From Lytechinus pictus (lineage: Eukaryota): a stretch of DNA of 64,000 nt. How positions within the stretch are numbered: the first letter of the stretch is position 1; each line of letters starts with the position of its first letter. A model generated the notes under the pieces. That model ran no database searches, was not told where the DNA came from, and was given only the letters and a program-made list of their open reading frames with translations. Position numbers and translations under genes: made by a program. Shown here piece by piece: positions 1 to 13,520 of this stretch. The stretch spans positions 5,396,001 to 5,460,000 of the forward strand of contig NC_087252.1 of NCBI RefSeq assembly GCF_037042905.1, in the 5' to 3' direction.

Positions 1-1714
1 ACTTAATCTGTGAAATGAATAGTTTACCGATATCTAAAAATGCTCTAATATACCTGACACATGATTGATCTCATTTTCGACTTTTATTATTTCTTTCGAC
101 GTGCATGAATTACAAAAAGTCAATCTTAGAATGTGTACATTGACTGTATATACTCTAGTTAAAAATGAAAGAATTGTCAAGGCTTGGGAAATATCGTGTT
201 AAGTTTGCCCAATGTCATGAGTATCTCACTGTATGTTAAACAGATCACAGAATGACTGTAAACTTTGTAAATTCCACGGCTGCCTCCACGAACTGGGACA
301 TGAAGACGACATGGCGGCTCCTGATTTGTTAAAATAAAAATGATGGCAATATTTACAACAATTTTGAATCATACAACTGCGATAAACCAGGCTCTCGTGA
401 TTCGGCGGATAGTCCCTATAACCATTGCAAGAAAGCAAAACATAATTTCGTAATGACCTGGGCTGATTGGCACTTTGCGAGAAATGTCTCGTTTTTATAC
501 TTTCGGCCATGCAATCTAAAGCACTTTTTAAAAAATCTTTCTAACAGTAGTTTATTAATTTTAAGAATTAAAAAAATGTAGTTTCTGTGTTGAAAACGGA
601 AGGAAGATTAGAGAAGCCTTTCGGCTCTCAATCCAGCTCCTCTTCCTCCTCCTTTTGTATATACCATCCCTTTATCTTTCTTATTTCTAATAGTAATTCC
701 TGTTTTTATCGTGTAAATATTAAGTTTTTACCTTTTATCATAATGGGATCCTACTATAAGCTTTCCAGCTGTCCGAGATTACTGATTTTAATGCTACTGT
801 ATTTTATTTTGGTGACTGTATTCAATACAGTCAATAAATTGATTTTATTAGCCAATCTGGCTAAACAAATTCAATTCATCGATCAATCAGTCAATTTTCT
901 GCTGGTCCCATTAGCCCCCTTTCTCTGCTACTGACTATAGGTGATAGAGGGAGGGGGGGGGGGAATAATCATCATCTCACCGTGCTCACTGCCGCCCCAG
1001 ACAAGTGTGTTTGATATATTTTAATTGCAAGGGCTTCTCCTCCTCCTTCTATATCTCCCTGTTCTCTCTTTCTTTGTTTTTGCCTTTATATATCTCAAAG
1101 ATCAGCTCTCCCTATTTAAATTTCCACTGTCTTCTATTATTCATTCCCTCCTGTTATGGTCAAGCTTCCTCAAATAAAGCTTGCCCTAATAATATTTGCC
1201 CCTCTGTCATTCTACCGGCCTGCAATCTCCTTTTGGCCCCTTAATTCTTTTTTTTCTCTCGGCCTCGACCCCTCCCCAATCTATTTCATCCAACCCTTTT
1301 CACTCCCCCAACTCACCATGATTATAATTTATAATCACAAGAGCCTGGTAAAATAGGCATATTGAAGGTCTTACTTTCATTTTAACAAATAATTTGAGTG
1401 CCCCCCCCCCCGGCGGTCATGCAGGTCGGCTTCATATGTTCCATAATGGTGTAGGCGGTCGTGGAATTTACAAAACATATAGTTGTTTTATATTTTCTGT
1501 TTAACATATACCGAGATGCTGATGACATTGGACAAACTTAACACGATATTTCCCAAACCTATATTTTAACTATACAGTCAATGTTCTTGACATCAAGTTG
1601 ACTTATTGTAATTAAGGAAAGAAATAATAATCACCGAAAATGAAATGATTTATGTGTCAGGTATATTCCAAGCATTTTTAGACATCGGTAAAGTATGAAT
1701 TTCATAGACTGAGT
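1..1714. repeat. Long imperfect inverted repeat (foldback/MITE arms); left arm runs off the window start
   Basis: 1-227 is a degenerate reverse complement of about 1513-1714 (e.g. gggaaatatcgtgttaagtttg vs caaacttaacacgatatttccc). Confidence 0.7.
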
Positions 1715-2890
1715 ATCAAAATAAAACACTTAAACTGCACAGTGGTCATCGCGAGGGGAAAAGGTACGTAAAATATACCACCTGACTCCGGTATCGGACT
1801 GGATAATCTGAACGGACAGCCAGGGCGATCAGCCTCGTCTGCACACGCTAAAATTTAGCATTATGCGGCTCGCGTGCTAAGAATGAACTTGATTTGTCTG
1901 TTCATTACGTAACTCATCGTGAAAAATGTTATCCAACATTGATTGCTACACTCGTAATATTTAATGTTATGTACGATATACACAAAATTATGAGATGATA
2001 ACCCTTCTTCGGGAGAACAATGGTATAGCAGTTCGAATCTAACTATTTTCTTTTAGAAATATAACAAAAAACAACCTGATTTTGAAGGCCTAAAACTTTC
2101 TTATGAATGATGGAGAAAATAAGCTACCAACGTTATCAGGTCGGGAAAATTCTATTTAATGTATTAAGATATTTTTTAAAACAACAAAAAATTATGGGGA
2201 TATTGAAAATAAGGATTTTGAAATGCTATATAAAATTTACGCTATATTTTCATAAATTTTGGCATATTGTATCACTCATCAAAATGACTGGTAATTCGCT
2301 TTCTTACACACACTTGCTTATAATTTCGATATAGGTTGATACACCGATAGTCAATATAAATGATAAACATTCATAGTCTTACTAAATTTAAACGATTTCA
2401 TTAGTTTTTAGGATTTTAATATCGCAGACAATTTGGAGAGTGAGCAAGAAGATGCTCGTAAGCGTCGCTAACAAGACTGTTAGGCGACCTACCGCGAGAG
2501 GGCTTTTATAATGGCGGGCTCCACTGAGTTGATACATAGCCTATAGGCGGTTCACGTACGTGAACAACGCTCAGTCAAAGTTTGGCACCGCTAGACGAAA
2601 GTTCGTGAACGCTTGGGTCCGCGAGGCCAACGCAGAAATCTTGAATGCTGGACAACCGCTGCTTCGCCAGCGTTGCTCGGCCGGCGATTAAATGGTTCTC
2701 AAACTTTGATGGAGCGGTTGTAAGCGCTTTCCGAACGGACACGGGATTGCAGGAACGGTGCATTCATCCATTCATTGTTAAACAATAGCAATGAAGGGAT
2801 GTACTTTTGTATACCAGAGTAATTGGGGCGAGTACAATGAGTAGCTGCATAAATAGTACACTCTCTTTGTCATCATGATCATAGAGTAAA

Positions 2891-3471
2891 AGGGATGGTC
2901 CGGGCTGAACATATTTATATCTAAATACATAGAGTAGAATTCACTGAGCAACATGCCGAAAATTTTATCAAAATCAGATAACAAATAATAAAGTTATTGA
3001 AGTTTAAAGTTTAGCAATATTTTGTCATAACAGCCGTCATGAATATTAATTAGGTGGGCTGATGATGTCACATCTCCACTTTCCGTTTTATCATCTTATT
3101 ACATGAAATCAAATTTTTTTTCATTATTTCATATTTGTGTGAATAATATGTCTCCTTTATAATGAGATAAGTTGCAGCAATAAATATCTAATACACTAAA
3201 GCAATTGTCAATCCAAGTTTTCTAGTTCTTGGAGGAAAAATTTGAATAAACCTCATTTCATATAATCAAATACAAAAGAACAAGTGGAGATGTGACATCA
3301 TCAGTCCACCTAATGAATATTCATGACGGCTGTTTTCACAAAATATTGCTAAATTTTAAAATTCAATAACTTTGTTAATTGTTATCCGATTTTGATGAAA
3401 TTTTGGCATTTTGCTTAGTGAATTCTATTCTTTTTATCAAGCTATACATACTTTCAGCCCAAACCATCCCT
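2891..3471. mobile_element. Non-autonomous TTAA-type DNA transposon (Kolobok-like MITE)
   Basis: Termini AGGGATGG...CCATCCCT, TTAA on the right (TAAA on the left), long imperfect TIRs; same family as 43672-44256. Confidence 0.7.
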
Positions 3472-4249
3472 TTAAACCCCGTCGAGCCGACGCACAGTGG
3501 GCGGGGTATAACAAAAGTGCGCCAAAAGTCATTTTGGGCAATTTCATATTTCTAATTTGTGTCATGCCCAGCTTAAAGACAACACTTTGAAGAATGCTTC
3601 AGCAAAATATTTCATTCCGGAATTTGCATAAAGGTTGTTAATTTCCTACATCAAATCGTAAAATATGACATTTTGCGAAATGTCGCGTATATGACAACCG
3701 AGTTGAAAAGCAGGCCATTTCATAGGAGGTTTTTCATGTAGGAATCTGAAATGGCTCCTACATATTCCTAATATATTATTTTTTGTGTGAAAGGATTCAA
3801 AGTAGACAAAAGACACCTTTCACGGGGTTTATAGGATGATTATTCCTCGAAATAGGCTGAAAATTCATGTTTTTTGCATTTACATTAGAAACGTTTTGAT
3901 TTCCGTAGATTTCCGTCTAAATTCTATAAGCATCATTTTTCCCGATGTCTAAGCTTTAAGTCGATACCAAAATTTAGCTGCCCCTTTTTGCCCTTTTTCA
4001 TGTTACAGCCGATTTTACTTGACACAGCACTCCAAAAACTGTCATTTTTATACCGCTCAGTCATCGTAGCGAACCATATGGGTGTACATTGCCGTTCGCT
4101 TTTGCACGGCTAGGACAATTCCCCTTCCATTCCATGAAAATGACATTATTGAAAATGACACGCAAATAAGGGCTATTCCAACAACTCTTCCATAGATAAA
4201 ACTTACTTGTAGAATAATTTCAGCCAAAAACACTCCTCATAGTGATACA

Positions 4250-5221
4250 TTGGTGGTGTTATATACTTCGGGGGGGGGGGGGGGCAGGTGCCCCCCCCCC
4301 CATCGGCTGACCATCAAAAACAAAAAACGGGGAAAAAAAGAAAAAGAGGGAGAAAGGAATAGAAACGTAGTGGGAAAGAAGACATTATTGTTCATTATAA
4401 TGTTATATTATATCATAATTATGTTATGTTATATTACACTTTTTCATGACTACTTAAAGTAGTAATAAGGTCTTAATATAAAACAGTTCCTGTCCGTGCT
4501 TACGTTCGCGAGAGTGGATTGGTGAAATATGTCTGCTCTCCATTAATTCCTAGAATCAGTCCTTAAAATGTCCCTTTTTCTGATCTGAATATCAAAAATT
4601 TTCAGCTCGCGCTTCGCGCTCGCATCATTTGGTTAGTGAACTACGTATGGTTTTCGTGAATTCCTACAAACAAGCCTTAAAATGCTCCTCTTCAGGTCTG
4701 AATTTCCTTAATTTTCAGCCCGCGCCTCGCACTCGCAAGATTTGATTAGTGAGATGGGTATGTTAATCACGATTACAAGTGCTTTATGTGCATGTTTAGA
4801 TGTTATTCTAACAAAATCAGCAAGCGCTTATTGGCACTCACATCAGATGACTATGGTGAGATGTGTATACTCTTAATGGATTCCTAAGATATAGTCCTTA
4901 AAATCTTCCTGTTTGGGGGTTAATATTTACAAAAATTTCAGCTCGCGCTTCGCGCTCGCATTATTTAGCGAGACAGGTATCATGATTACAAAAGATTGAT
5001 TATAATGTCCCTTTTTAGGTCTGAATATCAAAAATTTTAAGCTCGCGCTTCGCGCTTGAATTATTTGACCAGTGAGATACATATCCGTTAAATGGCACTG
5101 TCCTTAAAATGTCTCTATTAGGTCACTATACCTGGCAACTGGGCGCGCTTCGCGCGCTCACTAAGTTACTCATTTTTTTTGCTGGTGCCCCCCCAATGCC
5201 GTAACCCACGGTACGCCACTG
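4250..5221. mobile_element. GC-tract MITE with internal cgcgcttcgcgc repeats, nested in the Transib-like element
   Basis: polyG/polyC tracts at left, repeated 'tcgcgcttcgcgctcgca' units, right end gtacgccactg; left end degenerate. Confidence 0.5.
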
Positions 5222-5237
5222 CACAAGTCAACACAGC

Positions 5238-7520
5238 TTCAATTCAATTCAATTCAATTATTTATTCAACCATCAAAAGGATAAAAACAGTACAATATAC
5301 AGTATTAACAAAGTATCAGAAAAAAAAACAAATAGATGGTTCGGAGACCCCGGAGAAGCAATGCTTATAAAAGGGGTCACCACGATACATTAATACATTA
5401 CAAATGACAAAATTAAAGAGTAAAAATCCTAGATCAAAATTAAAAGAAACACTCCTGCAGCCAAAAAAAAAAAGAAAAAAAAAAGAAGAATGAGGTAAAA
5501 AAAAGGGGGGGGGGGTGAAGCACTAATGTAAGATGTGAGATCACATGCATTCGATCAATAAACGGAAAATAACATTTTCCTGCATAAAGATCTAAATCTT
5601 GATAAAGTAGAACTATTTTTTATATCATTTGGAATTTCATTCCATAGTTTGGGGAAGTAAGTCTTAAATGAATTAAAAGCAATTGATGTTCGAACGTGTG
5701 GAGGGCGTAGGCATTTGCTGTGACGGGTAAAGTAAGAATGGATTTGAGAATTTGAAACAAAAATGTCACTGAAGAGAGGTGGTAAGATTTTGGCATTAAG
5801 CTTGTACATAAAAACTAGTGAATTTAATGATATCATATCTTTTAAAGTTAATAAATTTGATTGTAAAAGCAAAGGCTTTGTATGACTACTAGAAGGAGCA
5901 TTTGAGATAAGTCTTATTGCTTTCTTTTGTAAAATTGTCAATTTATCCAAGTGTGTTTTGAATGTATGACCCCATACAATGTTACAGTAATTTAAGTGAG
6001 GAAGTATGATACTGTTATAAAGAGTAATTAAAATTGAATGGGGAACAAAATGTCTAATTTTAGAAATAACTCCAATAGATCTTGAAACTTTGGTACAGAT
6101 TGAATTGAGATGTGGTTTCCAAGAGAGGTGTTCATTAAAAATTACTCCTAAAAATTGAAAATGTTTTACTTGTTTTATATTATGTACACCAAGAAAAATA
6201 TTTAGAGAATGAGGAGGGTCCCTCCTGCCTCGAGTTCGAAAAATGATATACTTTGTTTTGTCTAAATTTAAAAATAGTTTGTTGCAAACGAACCAATCAT
6301 TTAATTTTCTTAATTCATTGTTTGCTGATGAGACAAGATTATTTATTTTTTTATGAGATAATGTGACTGTTGTGTCATCAGCAAACAATGAAAAGTTTAG
6401 AATTGGGGAGCTATTAATTATATCATTAATGTAAACAAGAAACAGGAGGGGGCCCAACACAGAGCCCTGAGGAATTCCACAAGATATGTCTCTGTGTTGA
6501 GATTTGACACCATCAATCACCACATGTTGGTTTCTATTAAATAAATAATTAAGAAACCACTGAAGGGGAATTCCTCGAACTCCATAATCTTCTAATTTTT
6601 TTAACAATATGTGGTGATCAATGGTGTCAAAAGCCTTAGACAGATCTATAAAGACACCAAGGCAAAAATTACCATCATCTATTTCTTTTGAAATTATGTT
6701 AAATAAATTTAGGACACCAAGGTCAGTAGAAAAGTTCTTCCTAAATCCAAATTGTTGTGGTATTAAAACATGAGTAACTGTTAGAAATTTGTACAACCTG
6801 GTATATACTAACTTTTCTAATAACTTGGAAAAGAATGGTAATAAAGCAATTGGACGGTAGTTTACAATGTCATGTCGATCACCCCTTTTAAAGATGGGAA
6901 CAACTAAAGCAGTCTTAAGCTTATCTGGCACTATTCCTTGTGATAAAGATTCATTTAAGATATAACAAAGAGGGTTTACAATGGAATGAATACACTTCTT
7001 TATAACACGACCAGCAATAGAGTCAGGACCTGGTGAAGCAGATGTTTTCATGGACGACAGAACATTAATTATTTCAGTATTAGAAGTGGGATTAAAGAAT
7101 AAAGAAGAAGGTACAGGGTTTGATAAATAGTCAGTGAAATGAGAGACGGGATTGGGAATCTTTTCTTGCGTAGTTTTACCAACATTAACAAAATACTTGT
7201 TAAAAGCTTCACTGATTGATGTTTTACTAAAAATCTTTTCTTGGTTAAAATACATATGAGATGGAAGTGAGTCTTTCTTTTTACCTAATATATTATTTAT
7301 TTCAGACCAGGTTTTTTTCATATCGCCTTTTGTTTTGCTAAATAGGTTTTCATAAAAGATTTTTTTACACTGACGAATAGTACAGGTTAATGTATTTTTA
7401 TACTCAATATACTTATTTCGACTTTGAGAGTCTCTTTTTTTGATATAGCAACAATAAAGTCTATGTTTTCTTTTGATAGATTTCATGATACCATGAGTAA
7501 TCCAAGGTTTATTATACTTG
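5238..7520 (-). mobile_element. 5'-truncated CR1/L2-group non-LTR retrotransposon
   Basis: RT ORF plus 3' UTR ending in a (TTGAA)n tail at about 5238-5258; upstream in-frame KPWIT motif; no endonuclease domain. Confidence 0.85.
5555..7486 (-). CDS. LINE ORF2 reverse transcriptase, N-terminally truncated, 643 aa open
   Basis: Motifs SPGPDSI, YRPIALL, QFGFR, DLSKAFDTIDH, PQGSVLGPLLF, FADD, FLGV; CR1/L2-type C-terminus KLWNEIP. Confidence 0.92.
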   Translation of the reverse strand: MKSIKRKHRLYCCYIKKRDSQSRNKYIEYKNTLTCTIRQCKKIFYENLFSKTKGDMKKTWSEINNILGKKKDSLPSHMYFNQEKIFSKTSISEAFNKYFVNVGKTTQEKIPNPVSHFTDYLSNPVPSSLFFNPTSNTEIINVLSSMKTSASPGPDSIAGRVIKKCIHSIVNPLCYILNESLSQGIVPDKLKTALVVPIFKRGDRHDIVNYRPIALLPFFSKLLEKLVYTRLYKFLTVTHVLIPQQFGFRKNFSTDLGVLNLFNIISKEIDDGNFCLGVFIDLSKAFDTIDHHILLKKLEDYGVRGIPLQWFLNYLFNRNQHVVIDGVKSQHRDISCGIPQGSVLGPLLFLVYINDIINSSPILNFSLFADDTTVTLSHKKINNLVSSANNELRKLNDWFVCNKLFLNLDKTKYIIFRTRGRRDPPHSLNIFLGVHNIKQVKHFQFLGVIFNEHLSWKPHLNSICTKVSRSIGVISKIRHFVPHSILITLYNSIILPHLNYCNIVWGHTFKTHLDKLTILQKKAIRLISNAPSSSHTKPLLLQSNLLTLKDMISLNSLVFMYKLNAKILPPLFSDIFVSNSQIHSYFTRHSKCLRPPHVRTSIAFNSFKTYFPKLWNEIPNDIKNSSTLSRFRSLCRKMLFSVY

Positions 7521-8199
7521 ATAAAGCACGGTTGATATTTTTCAGATTTTAAAGATTTTTTGTTATATAAATCTAATTAATGATCATTTTGATGCCATAA
7601 AATTATTTTCGGCATCTCGTACGCACTTTTTAGGCATGTGAGAAGCATAAACCAACATTCACTCTGGTCAATCTTAAAGTAGCACATAATTGTTTAGCGT
7701 AATTTGTCTTCTCACAGCTAGGTTTTAAGTAGCCAATCAAAATTTGGTATCAAGGTGACGTCATATCGGCTTTAAATTATTTTCAGTCGATTCTACGCTC
7801 AAAATTACCCATAATCAACATGTTAAAGTAAAAATCTAACACGGATATAATTTTGGCGCACTTTCAAATCCTTCTGGCCCACTGTGCGACGCCCACATGC
7901 GCAGAACTCCACTCTGTCAACGGTCGAGTCACCGCTAAACCAACGCTCGCGACCGCTCGCCACTGTTAAACCAACGCTAAAGCTACACTGGCTTCAGCGG
8001 TGCACCGCTAAGGCAACGCCCATGTTTTCTTCGATTATTCCCCCAATATTGTGAGCGGTGACGAGCGTTGTCGAAATTCGACCCTCTCTCCCTACCGCTC
8101 CATGACCGCTCCAACAACTCTCGGGCGGTGTGACCAGGCCTTTAGTGTCAAGTTTGTGAGTTTGCCAGTAGACAATATACTTGTTTTCGTCATATTTAG

Positions 8200-8420
8200 A
8201 TTTAGCCCGGCTATTAAAGTTTCTGCTTTTGCTTTTGTAATTAATGACCTGAAATCCTCATTCTTGCCAGTAAGGTTGTGTCATCTGCGTACCGCATATC
8301 AATGGTATTTTCCCCTTACTGCCTTGCCTATATTTGTTTTCTCAAACAGAGCTTGTATCATAATATACTAGCCATATATATTGAAAAGGTACAGGGATTG
8401 AATGCACCTCTGTCTTACGC
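8200..8420 (-). mobile_element. Degenerate RTE-like LINE RT fragment (paralogous to 42092-42292)
   Basis: Minus-strand reading resembles VRQxCxxSxxLFNIY...MRYADD with stops and shifts. Confidence 0.6.
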
Positions 8421-8711
8421 AATTTCTGTCTCCCAAAAAATAAGATCGACGTTTTACCATAATTGTCACCCCAATATTGTGATTCACCCCGCCCCCCCCC
8501 CAAAAAAAAAAGGGAGGTGGGCTGTTCCCCAGAATTATTTTCAGCGCGTATTCATACTGAGTGAGGCTTGGTCTTAATTCCAGTGTATTGCTAATCTTTA
8601 GAACACTAAAAGATACATCTCAACCGTTACAAAGCAAGATAAGTCGCATTACCTGGCCTGAACGTATGAGCTATGCTTCCTAGTTACTGAATGACACGAA
8701 ACTGTATATTA

Positions 8712-11067
8712 ATACAGGATAGATGAGGCATAACCTTGTTTTTTCATATATACAATATTTTTTTTATGGTTTCTTGTCAATTCGAGGGTGCTGATTACGA
8801 TCTGAGTGAGGCCACTCGTGTAACTTTGAGCATTTTCGGCGAACTGGCAAAATCCAATATGGCCGCCAACATATGCATATTACCCATGAAAATTACAGAT
8901 TTGCCAACAAATTGTCTATTAAATGTATGTATTTGTGCTGCAGGAGTAAAATACTCTCTGAAAAAAAAATTATGACAAAATATTTATTTCTTGATACTCA
9001 AAGTGGCCGCCACAGACCTCTGCATACCATATTGTGTACAATATGAATGGGGAAAATTATTTTTCACAAAGGCGATCACTAAACTGCAAGTAATTGTGAT
9101 CTATGGACAAAGTGATATATGAAAAATCATCAATGCTAAAATGATATATCATTTATTATGTCATGTATGGGAAAATTGTTGTATTTAATATTTAAAATAG
9201 CTGCCACTGGCCCAAATAATATTATTTTCTATGGCAAATGGGCCAGTAAAAATAGCAAGACTGAGCACTAAAATGCATATTATTAAGAGAAACGAGTGAA
9301 ATACTAAAACACAATTGCTAACGAAATATATCATTTAATATGCCATGTACATGTATGTGATAAATGCTGTATTTTGATATTCAAAATGGACGCCAAAGGC
9401 CCTAATAGTATTATATACAATGAGAAAATGGACCAAATAAATCACAAGAGTGAGAACTGAAATGCATTTATTTGTGATGAATAAATGGGATACTGTCTAA
9501 AATACATATTTTTAAACTAGATATAAAAAACAATTATCATTCAGGTTTAAAGTTTGTGTTTAATACTGTATTTTTACTTTCAAAATGGCCGCTATAGACA
9601 TTGATTGCATTATGGACAATGCAAACTGGGAAAAAAAAATTACACGAGTGAGCACCATAAATGCCCGCAATTGTGATCTATGATTAAAATACTGTCTGAA
9701 AGCATAATTTCTAACAAGATGTACAGATAGGTGATAATTATTGTATTTTGAAAGTCAAAATGGCCGCTACAGTCCCCAACAGTGTTATGTACAATGTAAA
9801 TGGGGACAAATGATTTTAACAGATGTTGGCTTTGCTTGAACAAATGGTGTTGTATGACTGAAATATTGTCTGAAAACATGATTACTTACGAAATATGTCA
9901 TATTATCTAAAATTTGGGTGATAAATACTGTATTTTGAAAGTCAAAATGGCCGCTACAGTCCCCAACAGTATTATGTACAATGTGAATGGGGACAAATGA
10001 TTTAAACAGATGTTGGCACTGCTTAAACAAATGGTGTTGTATGACTGAAATATTGTCTGAAAACATGATTACTTTAGAATTATATCATATTATCTAAAAT
10101 TTAGGTGATAAATACTATATTTCAAAATTCAATATGGCCGCCATATGCCCTTAATCATCTGTCCTCATTCAAATTGTACATAATACAATAAAGTCACATG
10201 GCGGCCATTTTCAATTTCAGAATGCCGCATTTATCACCTTAAATGCACCAGATATGATATATCTCGTTAGGAACCATGATTTTAGACAATATTTCACTCT
10301 TACATCACAATTATATGCAATATTTATGGTCAAGCAAAGCCAAATTCTGTCAAAATTATATGTCCTAAATAATACATAATACTTTAAGGACCTATGGCAT
10401 CCATTTTGAATTTCAAAGTATAGCATTTATTACCTCCATGACCAATATGTGATGTATTTATTTAGAAATCATGTTTAAGACGATATTTTTACTCATACAT
10501 CACAGTTACATGCATTTTATGATTCTAACTCTTGTAAAAGTAGATTCCCTCTACGCATGTAACCTAATTTAATTAGGGCTTGTATCAGCTATTTTGAATG
10601 TCAAAATACAGTATTTATCACTTACATGGCAGAAGAAATACTATATTTCATAAAAATCATGTTTTCGAATAATGTTTTATTATACAACAGGATTATATGG
10701 ATTTCATAGTGGAGTAAATATAAATTCTTAAAATATTACATGTCCCTATTCAAATTGTAGATAATTCTGTTGGGACCTATAGGGGCCATTTTCAATTTCA
10801 CAATTCAGCATTTATATCATGCATGGAAAAATAAATGATATGTTTCGTTAGAAAACATGTTTTCAGACATTATTTTACTCAGTGATCACTCTTGTGAAAA
10901 TCTATTTCTCCAATGGCATTGTACATAATGTATAATTGGCCCATGACGGCAATTTTGAATGTCAAAATGCAGCATTTATCACATAAATTGCATTTACATT
11001 TCGTTAAAAATTATGTTTTTAGCCAGTATTCCAATCGCTTATCTTAATACTAGTAATATGCATTTTA

Positions 11068-11108
<41 letters not shown>

Positions 11109-12147
11109 GAAATAGTCTGCTTCGGAATATGGAATAAAATAATCATAAATGGTAAGGTATATATATATATTGGATTTTATTGCAACAAAAACTATCAAAA
11201 TACAATCACAAGCAGTCAAAGACTGTTTACATGTACAATCGAAACATAACAAAATATAAAGTAAAAAATTATAAATACATATTAAATACGATACAAATTC
11301 ATATAAATGAGAAATAAATCTACCATAGGTAAATACCAAAGACCATAACATAATTACTACAAGGTGTCACCAAAGAAGAAAAAGGGGGAATTAAATATTA
11401 GGAAGAAAGAGGAGAGAGAAGAGGAAAGAGATGAGCAAATAAGACAAAAGAGAAGGGAAAGCAAGAGGTGGAAATAGGAATAAGAGGCAATCTTAAGAAT
11501 AAAAAAAAACTCATACAATACTAGACATTTCACAATGGTCACTTACATATAAATAAAGTAGTAATTCAATTGAATCGAGCACAAAAAGGGAAAAGGAGAT
11601 ATATACCCACTCTTGTGAGTTTTTTGTTACCCATTAACATTGTACATAATAGGCATTTGATGGCTTTTTAAATATTAAAATGCTTCATTTATTGCATACA
11701 TGACATAGCAAATGATACATTTCGTTAGCAATCATGTTTTCTTCATTATTTCACAAAAAAATCTCAATTACTTGCATTTAGTGCTCACTTTTGTGAAATT
11801 AGTTTCCCCATTCATATTGTACATAATAAAGAATACAGGGGTCTATGGCGCCCATTTTGAATATTTTTGTCAAAAATCGTTTTTTTCAGAGAGTATTTCA
11901 CCCCTGCAACACAAATACATACATTTTATAACCAATGTGCGGGCAATTTTATGATTCTCATGGGTAATTTGCATATTTTGGCGGGCATGTCGGATTTTGC
12001 CAATTTGCGGAAAATGCTCAAGGTTACACGAGTGGCATCATTCAGATTCGTAAACAGCACCCTCTCATTGACAAGACACCATAAAAATATTGTATATATG
12101 AAAAAACAAGGTCTGATTAATTTTCTATGGGGCCTATCCGGGACTAT
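8712..12147. mobile_element. About 3.4-kb foldback element with long TIRs and internal caaaatggccgc repeats
   Basis: 8733-~9100 is inverted at ~11750-12112; internal ~187-bp direct repeat (9720-10085); block absent at the paralogous site near 44360. Confidence 0.75.
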
Positions 12148-12220
12148 ATAACAAGATAAGATCATGTTACGATGATATTGACTATATTAAACCCATTATT
12201 ATATTACCATCTTTTAACAG

Positions 12221-12352
12221 GTTCAGAGGATCGTTTGACCTGGATAGGTGTAAGCGTGATAAGTGTGGCTGTACTTCTACTAGTAGTAATTGTCCTGTTG
12301 GTATGCCTGATCTATCACCGAATATGTGGACGCTTGCCCTGTTTAACACGAG
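12221..12352 (+). CDS. Receptor copy A, transmembrane exon
   Basis: ttttaacAG|gt ... cgag|GTaaag, phase 1/1; encodes LTWIGVSVISVAVLLLVVIVLLVCLIYHR; homologous to 44454-44594. Confidence 0.85.
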
Positions 12353-13138
12353 GTAAAGATTGTGCTAAGTTGGTCATCATATATTTTTCTGTTAATTTCT
12401 TACAACGAACCATTCACTGTTTATTATGATACATACTGTATTCATTATCACTATCCACAATCAACCATCGCACATCCTTACCATGAATTTGTCACTTGAT
12501 TATTTCCTCTTTCTTTCAACCAAATATTTTCAATTGAATCATTGGTTTATTCTGAAAGAGAACAATATCTATATCTACGTACATGTAAGTCCATCCCATT
12601 GGCCCTTAAAATAGATATTCAGTACTTACTATAGAGATTGTTTCTCACAATTATTTCTGGGTTTTCAACCCGTGATATTTTGAGTCCATACTTCCCTGAC
12701 ATAATAGGTTTTATTTTCACATTTCCTATCGAATATCCATGAAAAATATTGTACCCAGGAATCACTGAAATCGATTGAATTAATTGTTAATGATCCACGA
12801 AGACCTGTAGCTTACATGATTATCGTCGACGTTCACTCGGGAAATGTAAGAGGGTAGATGTCAATCGGTCAGGGGAATTCCTTCCATCCTTTATTCATTG
12901 ATATTACATAAGATCATGGAAAGTGCAAGAATGTAGTCTTTAAGTATTCCAGCTCTAAAAGGTAAAGGGAGCACAAAGTTCAATACTTCTCTTGCGTGTT
13001 GTTTCTTACATGTTGGTATGACCCCATATACTGTTAATCGCCTCATGAAGTACTTTTCCTGTATCTTCAAAGTCGTTTGTGCGACAGCATAAGACGAGAT
13101 CCAACCATTTTTTATATCGATGTTTTATTTTTCTTCAG

Positions 13139-13520
13139 AATATAAAGATACAAAAAGAAGCAAGAAGGATGGGGTATTGAAGGCAGTAGAAAGTAACTGT
13201 GATGATGAATCTGACCAAGATACCGAGAGAAGGGAGGCTGATGAGATGTTAGCGACAGTCGGGTATAGTGATGGAGGTGAACCTGACAGAGACAGGATGG
13301 AGAGCAATTGGTGGTGTTCGTGTGGGAACTGTCCTGTGATGCAGCCTGATGTACAGTGCCTTTGTTGCCGTGAACTCAAGAGATGTCGTGAAATTCAGAC
13401 CAATGGGTGTATAATTGATTCTAAAGAATTCCAAGTCCTATGTCTTACCAAACCATCTCTTCGTGTGTTTCTCTCTTTGAGGAGCAAAGACCATCGAATT
13501 CCTGGAAATATGGGGAACGA
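13139..13520 (+). CDS. Receptor copy A, acidic linker plus N-half of P2X7-ballast-like (ZCD) domain
   Basis: ttcttcAG|aa ... aacga|GTaag, phase 1/2; WCSCGNCPVM...CLCCRE...CII...F..LCL motif. Confidence 0.88.

Larger units (their letters stand above)
3493..7886. mobile_element. Transib-like non-autonomous DNA transposon carrying nested insertions
   Basis: Ends CACAGTGGGC...GCCCACTGTG, bipartite TIR sharing AAAGTGCGCCAAAA, perfect 5-bp TSD CGACG (3488-3492 and 7887-7891). Confidence 0.8.
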
